A stretch of DNA of 64,000 bases from Longimicrobiales bacterium (GTDB taxonomy: Bacteria; Gemmatimonadota; Gemmatimonadetes; Longimicrobiales; Gaopeijiaceae), in the NCBI GenBank assembly GCA_965202805.1, contig OZ241869.1:1696001-1760000 (forward strand). The letters are read 5' to 3'. Both the position numbers and the translations under genes were made by a program. The notes beneath the pieces were generated by a model, which was given only the letters and a program-made list of their open reading frames with translations, was not told where the DNA came from and searched no databases. Below, in pieces: positions 56,155-64,000 of this stretch. Each line of letters starts with the position of its first letter. The stretch's first letter is position 1.

Positions 56155-56898
56155 TCAGACCGCCTGCTCGCGCACGATGCGCCGCACCCCCTCCTCCAGC
56201 CGCGCCAGGTAATCGTCCAGATGCTCCGCCGCGATGGGGTTGCCGTGGATGGGCGCCACCCAGGACACCTCGCGCTCTTCGACCATCTCGCGCAGCACCC
56301 CCATGAGCACGGCCGGATCCGCGTAGCGAAGCCAGATCAGCGTGTCGCGGTGGAAGGTATGGATCTCTTCGCTCCGGAAGCCGTCCGGCAGCCGGCGCGA
56401 CGTCAGCCCGGTCTCGTCGTCCGCGTGGTGGTAACCGAAGCCGTCGGCGACGAAGAGCACGCGCGATGCCCGGTCGTAGATCCACGAGGTGTGGGAGCGG
56501 TCCGCGAGCGGCGGGTCGAGGAAGTCGAGCACCCTCCCGGCCACCTCCAGGCTCCCCCCGATCCGGCTGCGGCGGGCGTACGGAAGCCCCTGGATCTCCG
56601 GCTCGCCGGAGGAGGCCACGATCTCGAAATCGCCCCAGCGGCGCCGGAACGCCGGGATGTTGCCGGAGTGCGGATAGTCGGAGTGCGACAGCACCAGCGA
56701 ATGGATGCCCTCCCCGGCAGTGGCGCGCGAGATGCGGCGCACCAGGCTCTCGCGATGATAGAAAGAGCCCGAGTCGATGAGGATGTTCCTGTCCCGCGCG
56801 CGGATCAGAAACACGCTGACGTGGACGTTGCGCCCCCCGCCCAGCGAGTAGTTCTCCGCGATCCAGGACACGTCTCGCGTGAGCTCCACCCCGCTCAC
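56155..56898 (-). CDS. metallo-beta-lactamase-fold protein (flavodiiron N-terminal/ODP-like)
   Basis: ILIDSG, LSHSDYPHSGN, LFVADGFG, APIHG. Confidence 0.8.
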   Translation of the reverse strand: MSGVELTRDVSWIAENYSLGGGRNVHVSVFLIRARDRNILIDSGSFYHRESLVRRISRATAGEGIHSLVLSHSDYPHSGNIPAFRRRWGDFEIVASSGEPEIQGLPYARRSRIGGSLEVAGRVLDFLDPPLADRSHTSWIYDRASRVLFVADGFGYHHADDETGLTSRRLPDGFRSEEIHTFHRDTLIWLRYADPAVLMGVLREMVEEREVSWVAPIHGNPIAAEHLDDYLARLEEGVRRIVREQAV

Positions 56899-57698
56899 AG
56901 CACCCCCGTCCGCCCACCGGTCGCCACCCGCTCGACGACCTCCTTCATCATTTCGAAATAGCGCGGCACGTCGGCGCGAATCACGGGCCCGTGCGCGGAC
57001 GCGATCATCGCCGGACGATACCTCTCCGCCAGCAGATCGATCTCCGCCTGTGTGCGCGCCACATCCACGTACCGCATCCAGAACATGACCCGTCCGTGGA
57101 ACTCCGCGTAGCGGTCCACGTCCACGGGGGAGCGGAACTCATCCGCGAACAGAAGCCCTTCCCCATCCATCAGCGGCAGCCCCATCCAGTCGACGGGCAG
57201 GAGCATCCCCGAGGTTTCCTCCGTCATCCACATCGACATCGCCGCGTCCAGGAAGGCGGCGTCGTGGAAATGCAGCCGCAGCCCGCCCAGGTCGAGCGAG
57301 TCGCCCGGCCCTACCTTGTGGGCGTCTTCGAGATGATAGAGCTCGTGGGTGCGTCCGAAGCGGGGCGCCACCAGCGTCGCCCCGGGATGGCGCTCCAGGA
57401 TGCGGAAGGTGTTGCCCGCGTGGGGAACGTCCGGGTGCGAAAGCGCGAGATAGTCGAGGTCGCGGCCATCGAGCACCGTCTCCAGGTCCGCGAGGATCTG
57501 CTCGTCCGCGGCCGGCGACAGGGTGTCGAAGAGGAGCGTCCGCTCCCCGGCGAAGAGGAAGGCGTTCTGCGGAACGTGGATCTCTCGCCCGGGACGGTAC
57601 CAGTGGGCTCCGCGATCGACCAGGGACCTGGCGATTCCCGGCCGGTCCGGCCCGAACTCCTGAATCCAGTGGATCCCGGGATGGATTTCTCTGGGCAT
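56895..57698 (-). CDS. metallo-beta-lactamase-fold protein, paralogue
   Basis: QNAFLF..LLFDT, LSHPDVPHAGN, LLPVDWMG, ASAHG. Confidence 0.8.
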   Translation of the reverse strand: MPREIHPGIHWIQEFGPDRPGIARSLVDRGAHWYRPGREIHVPQNAFLFAGERTLLFDTLSPAADEQILADLETVLDGRDLDYLALSHPDVPHAGNTFRILERHPGATLVAPRFGRTHELYHLEDAHKVGPGDSLDLGGLRLHFHDAAFLDAAMSMWMTEETSGMLLPVDWMGLPLMDGEGLLFADEFRSPVDVDRYAEFHGRVMFWMRYVDVARTQAEIDLLAERYRPAMIASAHGPVIRADVPRYFEMMKEVVERVATGGRTGVL

Positions 57699-57826
57699 GG
57701 CGCGCCTCGGGGGAGATGACGCCTCTCCGGCGAGAGGCACCCGCGAAGGTGTAATGCGGCGAGCACCAGCGCCAGTGGCGCGCCGGGGGATCGGCCGCGC
57801 GTTGGTCACCCTTCGGGGCAACCGCC

Positions 57827-59257
57827 TCAGTCCGCTCCCCGCACCCGGCCGAGCCCGACCCCGGCGCCCGCGGCCACCAGCACGAGCAGTGCGCCGAGAA
57901 CCGTGAGCGGAACACCCGCACGTCGAGCCACGTCGGCGCCCTCCTCGTCGGCGAGCTGGAACTTCGGCACGTCGGGAAGCGCGCTCGCGTCCATCTGCTC
58001 GCTGGCCAGGATCGCCGGCACGAAGAACTCCCGCCACTGTTCGGCGAACGCGCGCACCTGCGACTGGAAGGAGGCGAAACGCGCGTCTCCCGTCCCGGCC
58101 GCGTCGATGAGCACCTCCTGGGCCAGCAGCGCCGGCGACAGGAAGCGGTAGCGGCGCACCAGGGCGATCTGCTCGGCGCGGCGTGCATCGTGTTCCCCCG
58201 TCACCTCCTCCAGGTGGCGGTTCACGGCGTCCGTGGCGGCCCAGGCGAGCGCGCCCAGACCGGGCTCTTCGGCCACTACGCCGCCCGCCATTTCCGGATG
58301 GTCCTCCAGGTAGCGGGCGAGCAGTTCGCTGCGGCGGTTTACGGCGTCGTTCGAGGCCTCGCGCTGGGCGGTGACCATCTGCACGCGGGACGGCAGCGGG
58401 TGCAGCAGACCCGACGCGATGTTGATGGCGGCGGGGAGCACCACGACGAGCACCAGCCACGCGCCTACCAGGACCGTGGCGTTCCAGGCGGAGGACCGCC
58501 GCAGGCTGTTCACCCACGCCGCGAGCACGAACCAGAAGAGCGCGTAGGTGACCACCGTGCCGCACCACAGAAGCACCCGGCCGGGCGAGGCGAAGCCTCC
58601 CGTAACCAGAATGCCGGCCAGCGAGGCCGCCAGCACCATGCCCACGACCAGCAGCGCCCGGAAGGCCAGCTTCGCCGCCACGACGCTGCGCGCCGAGACG
58701 GGCTGCGAGAGCGTCAGGGCCAGCGTTCCCTGCTCGCGCTCCTCGGAGAGGACATTGAAGCTGAGCGCCAGAACCAGGAGCGGCAGCAGGTAGATCACCA
58801 CGAAGGCCAGGTCGAAGCGCCCGACCATCAGGTTGAGGGGGTTCTCCACCTCGCCGTTCTGGTGGAACGACGATTCGTTGGTGTAGATGTTGACGTCGTA
58901 GTAGTACGGCAGGAGATCGCTCTGACCGACCGCCAGAGCCGTCAGGGGACCCGGCTCCAGCACCGCGGTGTGGCTGCCGCGGGCCCCGCCCATCACGTTG
59001 GGCAGGCGCGGATCCGCAAAGCGCGACGCCGGCTCGGCGCCGTTTTCGATGTCGGCCAGCTCCTGTTCGATGGCGCGGACGCGCTCGACGTTGCCGGTCT
59101 GCACGGCCTCCACCGTGCGCTCCTGAAAGCGCATCCAGACGACGCCGTTGGCCAGCGCGTAGGCGAGCAGGACGGCGAAGAGCCCGAGCACGATGCGGAG
59201 CGCCGGATCGGCCATGAGCAGACGCCACTCGTTCCGGAGGACGGTGCGCGCGGCCAT
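57827..59257 (-). CDS. ABC-2 type permease, DUF3526 domain
   Basis: LAVGQSDLLP, ENPLNLMVGRFDLAFV, EEREQGTL. Confidence 0.88.
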   Translation of the reverse strand: MAARTVLRNEWRLLMADPALRIVLGLFAVLLAYALANGVVWMRFQERTVEAVQTGNVERVRAIEQELADIENGAEPASRFADPRLPNVMGGARGSHTAVLEPGPLTALAVGQSDLLPYYYDVNIYTNESSFHQNGEVENPLNLMVGRFDLAFVVIYLLPLLVLALSFNVLSEEREQGTLALTLSQPVSARSVVAAKLAFRALLVVGMVLAASLAGILVTGGFASPGRVLLWCGTVVTYALFWFVLAAWVNSLRRSSAWNATVLVGAWLVLVVVLPAAINIASGLLHPLPSRVQMVTAQREASNDAVNRRSELLARYLEDHPEMAGGVVAEEPGLGALAWAATDAVNRHLEEVTGEHDARRAEQIALVRRYRFLSPALLAQEVLIDAAGTGDARFASFQSQVRAFAEQWREFFVPAILASEQMDASALPDVPKFQLADEEGADVARRAGVPLTVLGALLVLVAAGAGVGLGRVRGAD

Positions 59258-59258
59258 G

Positions 59259-60665
59259 CTACCCCACCTCCGCGCGTCGCACCCGCGCCGCGGCCGCCAG
59301 GATGGTCCCGACCAGCCATGTCCCCAGCACCAGGATCGACAGGACGCGGTTGCCCAGCACCCAGCCCAGTGACGGAGCGGCGTACTGAAGCGGCGGCGTC
59401 TCCTCCCAGAGTTCGGGGCCCGCCAGGTATACCTCGCCGGTGCGGGAGTTGTCGGCCAGATCGCCGTTCATCCGCCGCATCAGATCCCGGCGGTACCCCT
59501 CCGCCGCCGTTGCGAAGTGCCGGTGCTGTTCGACGTCCGTCCCGGCCAGTCCCATGGACAGGGTGCGCACCGCCAGCAGCGGCGCCAGCACCGCGAGCGT
59601 CTCGTGTACGGCGCCCTGGCGCTCGAAGGTGTCCCACAGCGCGCTGTAGTTGCGGTCGAAGATCCGGTTGCCGAACTCCTCGCTCTCCTGCAGGTAGACG
59701 CCCACCTCGTTGATCGGCAGATCCTCGACCCGCTCCACTCCGTGCTCCGCCAGCAGGCGCTCGGCCAGCGCGGCCCGGTCCGGGCGGGGAATGCCCTCGA
59801 CGCCGGAAGCCATCTCGCGTTCGACGTTGCGCGCGAACTCGATCGCCGACGGCGTCGGGTGCAGCCACTTCGACAGGTCCACCGCGACGCGCGGCGCCAC
59901 CAGCCCGTTGACCACCCACACGCCCAGCAGGATCACCAGCGCGGTGCGCGCCGAGCGGGCCCGGGCGGACACGGCCAGGGAGAGCGCCAGGAAGGCGGTG
60001 AAATAGGCCAGGTAGACACCGGCCAGGACCACACCCCGGGCCAGCGGGGATGCCGCCGGACCGGGACTCCCGACAACCAGGGCGGCCGCCCCCACCAGGG
60101 CCGCCGGCACCAGCAGCAGCGCCAGCGCCCCGGCGATGCCCAGCGCCTTGCCCAGAGCCAGCTCCCGCCGCCCGATTCCGGTGGCCAGCAGCTGGCGCAG
60201 CGTCCCTCGCTCCCGCTCCCCGGCGAGCGCGCCGAAGGTGAGCAGGATGATGAGCAGGGGCACGAGATGCTGCAGCACCTGCGCCGCCGTCAGGGCCCCG
60301 ATGCGCTGCGCCGCGGTCGCATCCTGGGCCGGGCGCAGAAGGAAGTCGTTCTGACGGTGGGCCTCGAGCCATACCGAGGTCCCGGTGTAGGGATCCACGC
60401 CCTCGTCCACAAAGGACAATGCCAGACGCGGCTTGAACGCGTAGATGCCGTAGTGGGCCGCCGAATGGGGATTCTTCTCGCCCTGCGACTCCCAGTGTTC
60501 GCGGGCGGTGGCCTGCGCGGCAGCGTGCTCCTGCTGCGCGCTTCGTGCCTGGACCCACCCGTGGCCCAGGGAGACCAGCAACAGCGCGCCGACCAGGATC
60601 GAGCACCAGCGAAAGCGCCCGTCCCGAACGACGTCGGTGAACTCCTTGCGTACTATGTGCTTCAT
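59259..60665 (-). CDS. ABC-2 type permease, DUF3526 domain
   Basis: KNPHSAAHYG, WLEAHRQN, GERERGTLRQLL, LSMGLAGTD..HRHF. Confidence 0.88.
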   Translation of the reverse strand: MKHIVRKEFTDVVRDGRFRWCSILVGALLLVSLGHGWVQARSAQQEHAAAQATAREHWESQGEKNPHSAAHYGIYAFKPRLALSFVDEGVDPYTGTSVWLEAHRQNDFLLRPAQDATAAQRIGALTAAQVLQHLVPLLIILLTFGALAGERERGTLRQLLATGIGRRELALGKALGIAGALALLLVPAALVGAAALVVGSPGPAASPLARGVVLAGVYLAYFTAFLALSLAVSARARSARTALVILLGVWVVNGLVAPRVAVDLSKWLHPTPSAIEFARNVEREMASGVEGIPRPDRAALAERLLAEHGVERVEDLPINEVGVYLQESEEFGNRIFDRNYSALWDTFERQGAVHETLAVLAPLLAVRTLSMGLAGTDVEQHRHFATAAEGYRRDLMRRMNGDLADNSRTGEVYLAGPELWEETPPLQYAAPSLGWVLGNRVLSILVLGTWLVGTILAAAARVRRAEVG

Positions 60666-60677
60666 CGTCGGTGTCTC

Positions 60678-61445
60678 CTAGTCGTGCATGTGCTTCAGAT
60701 AGATGCGCTCGAGATCCGCGTGGCCGATCTCCTCCGTGCTCATCTCCGTGACCAGGCGTCCGTAGCGCATGATGCCCACGCGCGTCCCGGTCTCCTTGGC
60801 GCGAAACAGATCGTGGGTCGCCATGAGCACCGCGACGCCGCGATCCTTGAGCCGTTCGATCAGCCCGGAAAACTCGTTGGAGGCCTGCGGGTCGAGCCCG
60901 GAGGTCGGCTCGTCGAGCAGCAGCGCGTCGGCCTTCTTGGCGATCGCGATGGCGATGCCGACCTTCTGGCGCATGCCCTTGGAGTAATCGGACACGCGCT
61001 GATGGACCGCGGCGCGCTCCAGTCCCGCCTCGACCAGGATGTCGGTGAGCCGCTCAGGGGTCAGGGAACCCCTTCCACCCAGGGCGGCGAAGTACTCCAG
61101 GTTCTCCAGGCCGCTCAGGTTGCGGTAGAGCATGACCTGCTCGGGGATGTACGCGATCCGCTGCTTCGTCTCGCGGTTGTGGGTGGACACGTCCAGACCG
61201 GCGATCAGCGCCTGGCCGGATGTGGGATCCACGAATCCGAGGAAGAGGTTGATGGTGGTGGTCTTGCCCGCCCCGTTGGGGCCCAGCAGGCAGTAGACGT
61301 CCCCGGGCGCTATGGCCAGGTCGAGGGAGTCGAGGGCTCGCGTGGCGCCATAGCTCTTGCTGAGCCCGCGGGCCTCCAGAAGGGGCGTGCGCCCATTCCC
61401 CAATTCGGCGGGGTGCCGAGACTCGGGCGTATGCATGTGTTCCAT
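60678..61445 (-). CDS. ABC transporter ATP-binding protein
   Basis: GPNGAGKTT, YSKGMRQK, LLLDEPTSGLDP, ATHD. Confidence 0.93.
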   Translation of the reverse strand: MEHMHTPESRHPAELGNGRTPLLEARGLSKSYGATRALDSLDLAIAPGDVYCLLGPNGAGKTTTINLFLGFVDPTSGQALIAGLDVSTHNRETKQRIAYIPEQVMLYRNLSGLENLEYFAALGGRGSLTPERLTDILVEAGLERAAVHQRVSDYSKGMRQKVGIAIAIAKKADALLLDEPTSGLDPQASNEFSGLIERLKDRGVAVLMATHDLFRAKETGTRVGIMRYGRLVTEMSTEEIGHADLERIYLKHMHD

Positions 61446-61523
61446 CTCTCCGGTTGGGTGCGCCCACGCGGACGCAACCATCGACAGGGTTTCGCCGACG
61501 CGCGCGCCGGCCGAGGGGCTCTG

Positions 61524-61841
61524 CTACAGAGAGATGTGGCGAGGCGGGGCTCGGCTGCGTTGAGGGGCGAGATGGATGACCGCGGGAACGAACCGGCGCC
61601 CGGGAAGTGCGGGAATCCGCAGGAAAACCGGTCGCGCGACGCTCGGAGTGCCCGAGACGGTGGCCGATCCGGGACTATGGACGACCTGGCACACGGCACA
61701 GGCGTCCGGCGAGTCGGGTCCGTCTTCGTGTGTGTGTGAGCTCTCCGTCGAATAGACGAGGAGGAGGGAGAGGACGACGGCCATTGCGGTCGGCGCGCGC
61801 ACGCGCTCCCGCGATGCCGTCAGGTCGAACAGGTGCCCCAT
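61524..61841 (-). CDS. DUF2946-like leader protein (His-rich, CxxC, C-terminal RAPP)
   Basis: Hydrophobic N-terminus, HTHEDG..DACAVC, ..RSRAPP. Confidence 0.75.
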   Translation of the reverse strand: MGHLFDLTASRERVRAPTAMAVVLSLLLVYSTESSHTHEDGPDSPDACAVCQVVHSPGSATVSGTPSVARPVFLRIPALPGRRFVPAVIHLAPQRSRAPPRHISL

Positions 61842-61943
61842 CGCTCTCGATAGAACTGGTGCGCCATCGCTCCTTCCTCCACCTCACGGACTTCCCACCG
61901 GCCCACTCGCCGCCCCTGGACGATCGGGGATGCAGCGAACGCT

Positions 61944-61972
61944 ACCGTAGCGCGCCGGTGCGGAGAGGTCAA
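61944..61972 (-). promoter_or_regulatory. putative sigma-70 promoter TTGACC-N17-TACGGT for the leader/ABC operon
   Basis: Consensus-like hexamers with a 17-bp spacer. Confidence 0.55.
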
Positions 61973-62080
61973 TACACGGGCCGCGCCGCGGGCAGTTGCC
62001 CCGACCTCACCCGAACCTGTTAGATTCAGGTCAGGCTCCGGCCGCAGGGCCGGCCGGTTCACCCGGAAGACAGGACGACC

Positions 62081-62629
62081 ATGAACGCTGCCGCCGCCAT
62101 CCTGCTCGCCGCTTCGGTTCTGCACGCCCACGGCGCGCCCCAGGAGCCCCTTTCCAGGGGTCCCTCGCACGACGGCTACACCGAGGCCGTCACCATGCGG
62201 CACGCGCACGAAGGGCCCCATGGCGAAGACCTCGTCCGCATCGAGCGGATGATCCGCTGCACCTGCGGCTGCACGCTTGACGCCCACACCTGCCAGTACC
62301 AGATGCAGTGCAGCGAGTCCCCCGTCTTCACCCGGCGCATTCTGGCGGCGCTCGAGGCGGGCGAGTCCGAGGAAGTGATTCTCGCCGGCTTCGTCGGCGA
62401 CTACGGCCAGAGCATCCTCGGCGCGCCTCCCAGGGAAGGCTTCAACTGGGTCGGCTACGTGATGCCCTGGGTCGCGTTGGCCTTCTCCGGCCTCATTGTC
62501 AGCTTCTTCCTGCGCAGGAACGTCGCCCGCGGGCGGGAGCGCGCGCCGGTCGTGGACTCGGACATCTCCGACACGGACTGGGATCGGCTCCGGAAGGAGA
62601 TGAAGGCGCTGGAGAAGGAAGACTGGTGA
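62081..62629 (+). CDS. ccmH: cytochrome c-type biogenesis protein CcmH/NrfF-like
   Basis: IRCTCGC.., EEVILAGFVGDYGQSILGAPPREGFNWVGYVMP. Confidence 0.75.
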   Translation: MNAAAAILLAASVLHAHGAPQEPLSRGPSHDGYTEAVTMRHAHEGPHGEDLVRIERMIRCTCGCTLDAHTCQYQMQCSESPVFTRRILAALEAGESEEVILAGFVGDYGQSILGAPPREGFNWVGYVMPWVALAFSGLIVSFFLRRNVARGRERAPVVDSDISDTDWDRLRKEMKALEKEDW

Positions 62630-63063
62630 TGGCCGAACCCCAGCACTACGACAACCACGCCAAGCGTCCTCCCCGGCTGTTTCTCGTGGCGTGGTTCGCC
62701 GCGACGGCCGCGGCCGCGAGCTTCCTGATCCGACTGTTCATCGACTTCAGCGTCGAGACCCTGGCATTGTTCCTGACCGCGGGCGGGGCCTCGGTGGGAA
62801 TCATGTTGGCGCGCCGGTTCGCCCTGGGCGTCCAGGACCGGGTGATCCGCCTCGAGGAGCGCCTTCGCATGGAGAGACTCCTTCCGGACGATCTGAAGGG
62901 CCACATCGAGCAGTTGACGACGGATCAGGTGATCGGGCTGCGCTTCGCATCCGACGCGGAGCTGCCCGGGCTGGTGCGCCGGGTTCTCGCCGGCGAGCTG
63001 GCCGACCGGAAGACGATCAAGCAGGCCGTAGAGGACTGGCGGGCCGACCACCAGCGGGTCTGA
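62629..63063 (+). CDS. DUF6526-like membrane protein
   Basis: QHYDNH, FALGVQDRVIRLEERLR, QVIGLRFASDAEL, IKQAVEDWRAD. Confidence 0.75.
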   Translation: MAEPQHYDNHAKRPPRLFLVAWFAATAAAASFLIRLFIDFSVETLALFLTAGGASVGIMLARRFALGVQDRVIRLEERLRMERLLPDDLKGHIEQLTTDQVIGLRFASDAELPGLVRRVLAGELADRKTIKQAVEDWRADHQRV

Positions 63064-63076
63064 GGCGGGGTCGGTC

Positions 63077-63733
63077 TTGAGCCGCTCGCAATGCTGTGGG
63101 CTCGAACGCCAGTTCGACGACGCGCACGCGCGCAGGAGCCTGCGCAGATTCCGCCGAAAGGGGCCGGCCAAGCCCACCCGCTGGCTGCTCGGGGCCATCG
63201 CGGAGGACGGTGTCGAGGGCCGCACCTTCATCGATGTCGGCGGGGGCATCGGAGCCGTCCAGCACGAGCTGATGGCGCGTGGCGCAGCCGGGGGAACCCA
63301 CTCGGACGCAGCTCCGGCGTTCCTGCGCGCGGCACGCTCCGAAGCCGAGGCGCGCGGCTATGCGGACCGCATCCGCTACGTGGACGGCGATTTCGTGGAA
63401 CGGGCGGGCGAACTCCCCGCGGCGGACCTGGTGACCCTGGACCGGGTGGTGTGCTGCTATCCCGACATGCCGGCCCTGCTGGGCGCGGCGGCACCCCTGG
63501 CGAAGCGGACGCTCGGGCTGGTGATGCCGCATGGCGGACCGCTGGCGCGCTTCGGCGTCGGGCTGGTCAACTTCATCCAGCGCCTCAGGCGGCATCCGTT
63601 CCGGGTCTTCGCGCATGAGCCTTCCGCGGTGGAGGCGGTGGTGGAGCGCCATGGGCTCGCGAAGCGATTCGAGCGCGCCGGCGTGGTATGGCGGGTGTTG
63701 GTCTTCACCAGGCCAGAGGCCGGCCGGATCTGA
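63077..63733 (+). CDS. class I SAM-dependent methyltransferase
   Basis: [27 protein letters not shown]. Confidence 0.85.
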   Translation: MSRSQCCGLERQFDDAHARRSLRRFRRKGPAKPTRWLLGAIAEDGVEGRTFIDVGGGIGAVQHELMARGAAGGTHSDAAPAFLRAARSEAEARGYADRIRYVDGDFVERAGELPAADLVTLDRVVCCYPDMPALLGAAAPLAKRTLGLVMPHGGPLARFGVGLVNFIQRLRRHPFRVFAHEPSAVEAVVERHGLAKRFERAGVVWRVLVFTRPEAGRI

Positions 63734-64000
63734 GCTTCAGACGAAGGCTGTTCAGCACCACGCTGACGCTCGAGAACGCCATCGCCAGGGCGGCCAGAAC
63801 CGGGTGCAGCAGGCTGCTGGCGGCGGCCACCGGAATGAGCGCCACATTGTATCCGAAGGCCCAGAAGAGATTCTGGCGAATCGTCCGCATGGTGGCGCGC
63901 GAAAGCTGGATGGCGTCGTTCACGCCGGCCAGATCATCCCGCATCAGGGTGATGTCGGCGCTCTCGATGGCCACGTCGGTGCCCGTCCCTATGGCGATGC
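63705..64000 (-). CDS. heavy-metal P1B-type ATPase, C-terminal end (runs off the window), Cu(I)-type motifs
   Basis: [47 protein letters not shown]. Confidence 0.9.
   Translation of the reverse strand, partial: IAIGTGTDVAIESADITLMRDDLAGVNDAIQLSRATMRTIRQNLFWAFGYNVALIPVAAASSLLHPVLAALAMAFSSVSVVLNSLRLKLRSGRPLAW

Noticed and set aside
63077..63733. bchM / photosynthesis call for the methyltransferase
   Set aside because: Only generic SAM-binding motifs, and no photosynthesis genes nearby.
1..64000. CRISPR array, rRNA or tRNA genes
   Set aside because: No regularly spaced repeat-spacer series, no cas genes and no rRNA/tRNA signatures seen; repeats found have at most four copies.

Overview
High-GC bacterial DNA. 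The gene content (ECF/anti-sigma/TonB-type cluster, NHL, PIG-L, DUF5916, Rpn, IS1595) suggests a Gemmatimonadota-like, possibly host-associated genome; this is inference only. About 1-14 kb is a decayed accessory island: an Rpn nuclease with an internal RBS, a ~1.2 kb non-coding segment (1335-2550) packed with nested hairpins, a DUF2971-like gene, a truncated tyrosine integrase, a TctC pseudogene, lower-GC TIGR04141-type and HNH genes, and IS481/IS1595 remnants. About 14-64 kb is mostly transport and metabolism: MacAB-like, family-5 SBP, AtoE-like, SSS+GH4, an ECF/anti-sigma/OM receptor cluster, FAD/FeS oxidoreductase plus serine-glyoxylate-type aminotransferase and TRAP, a DUF3526 ABC system, CcmH and the end of a P1B ATPase. 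Small toxin-antitoxin or regulator cassettes are scattered through it, usually with the toxin crippled. Best signals: (1) a candidate large, highly structured ncRNA (or ssDNA origin region) divergent from rpn; (2) an unannotated UGSC-type selenoprotein with an fdhF-like SECIS; (3) a CxxC...RAPP leader ORF whose 3' end can pair with the SD/start of the downstream ABC ATPase; (4) a recurring 'gene - cassette - displaced copy of the gene's 3' part' architecture, and a shared 23-bp-period TGATACTATG double box; (5) a two-promoter ECF regulon. No rRNA, tRNA or CRISPR array was seen. All family calls are motif recognition by eye; no database search or folding program was run.
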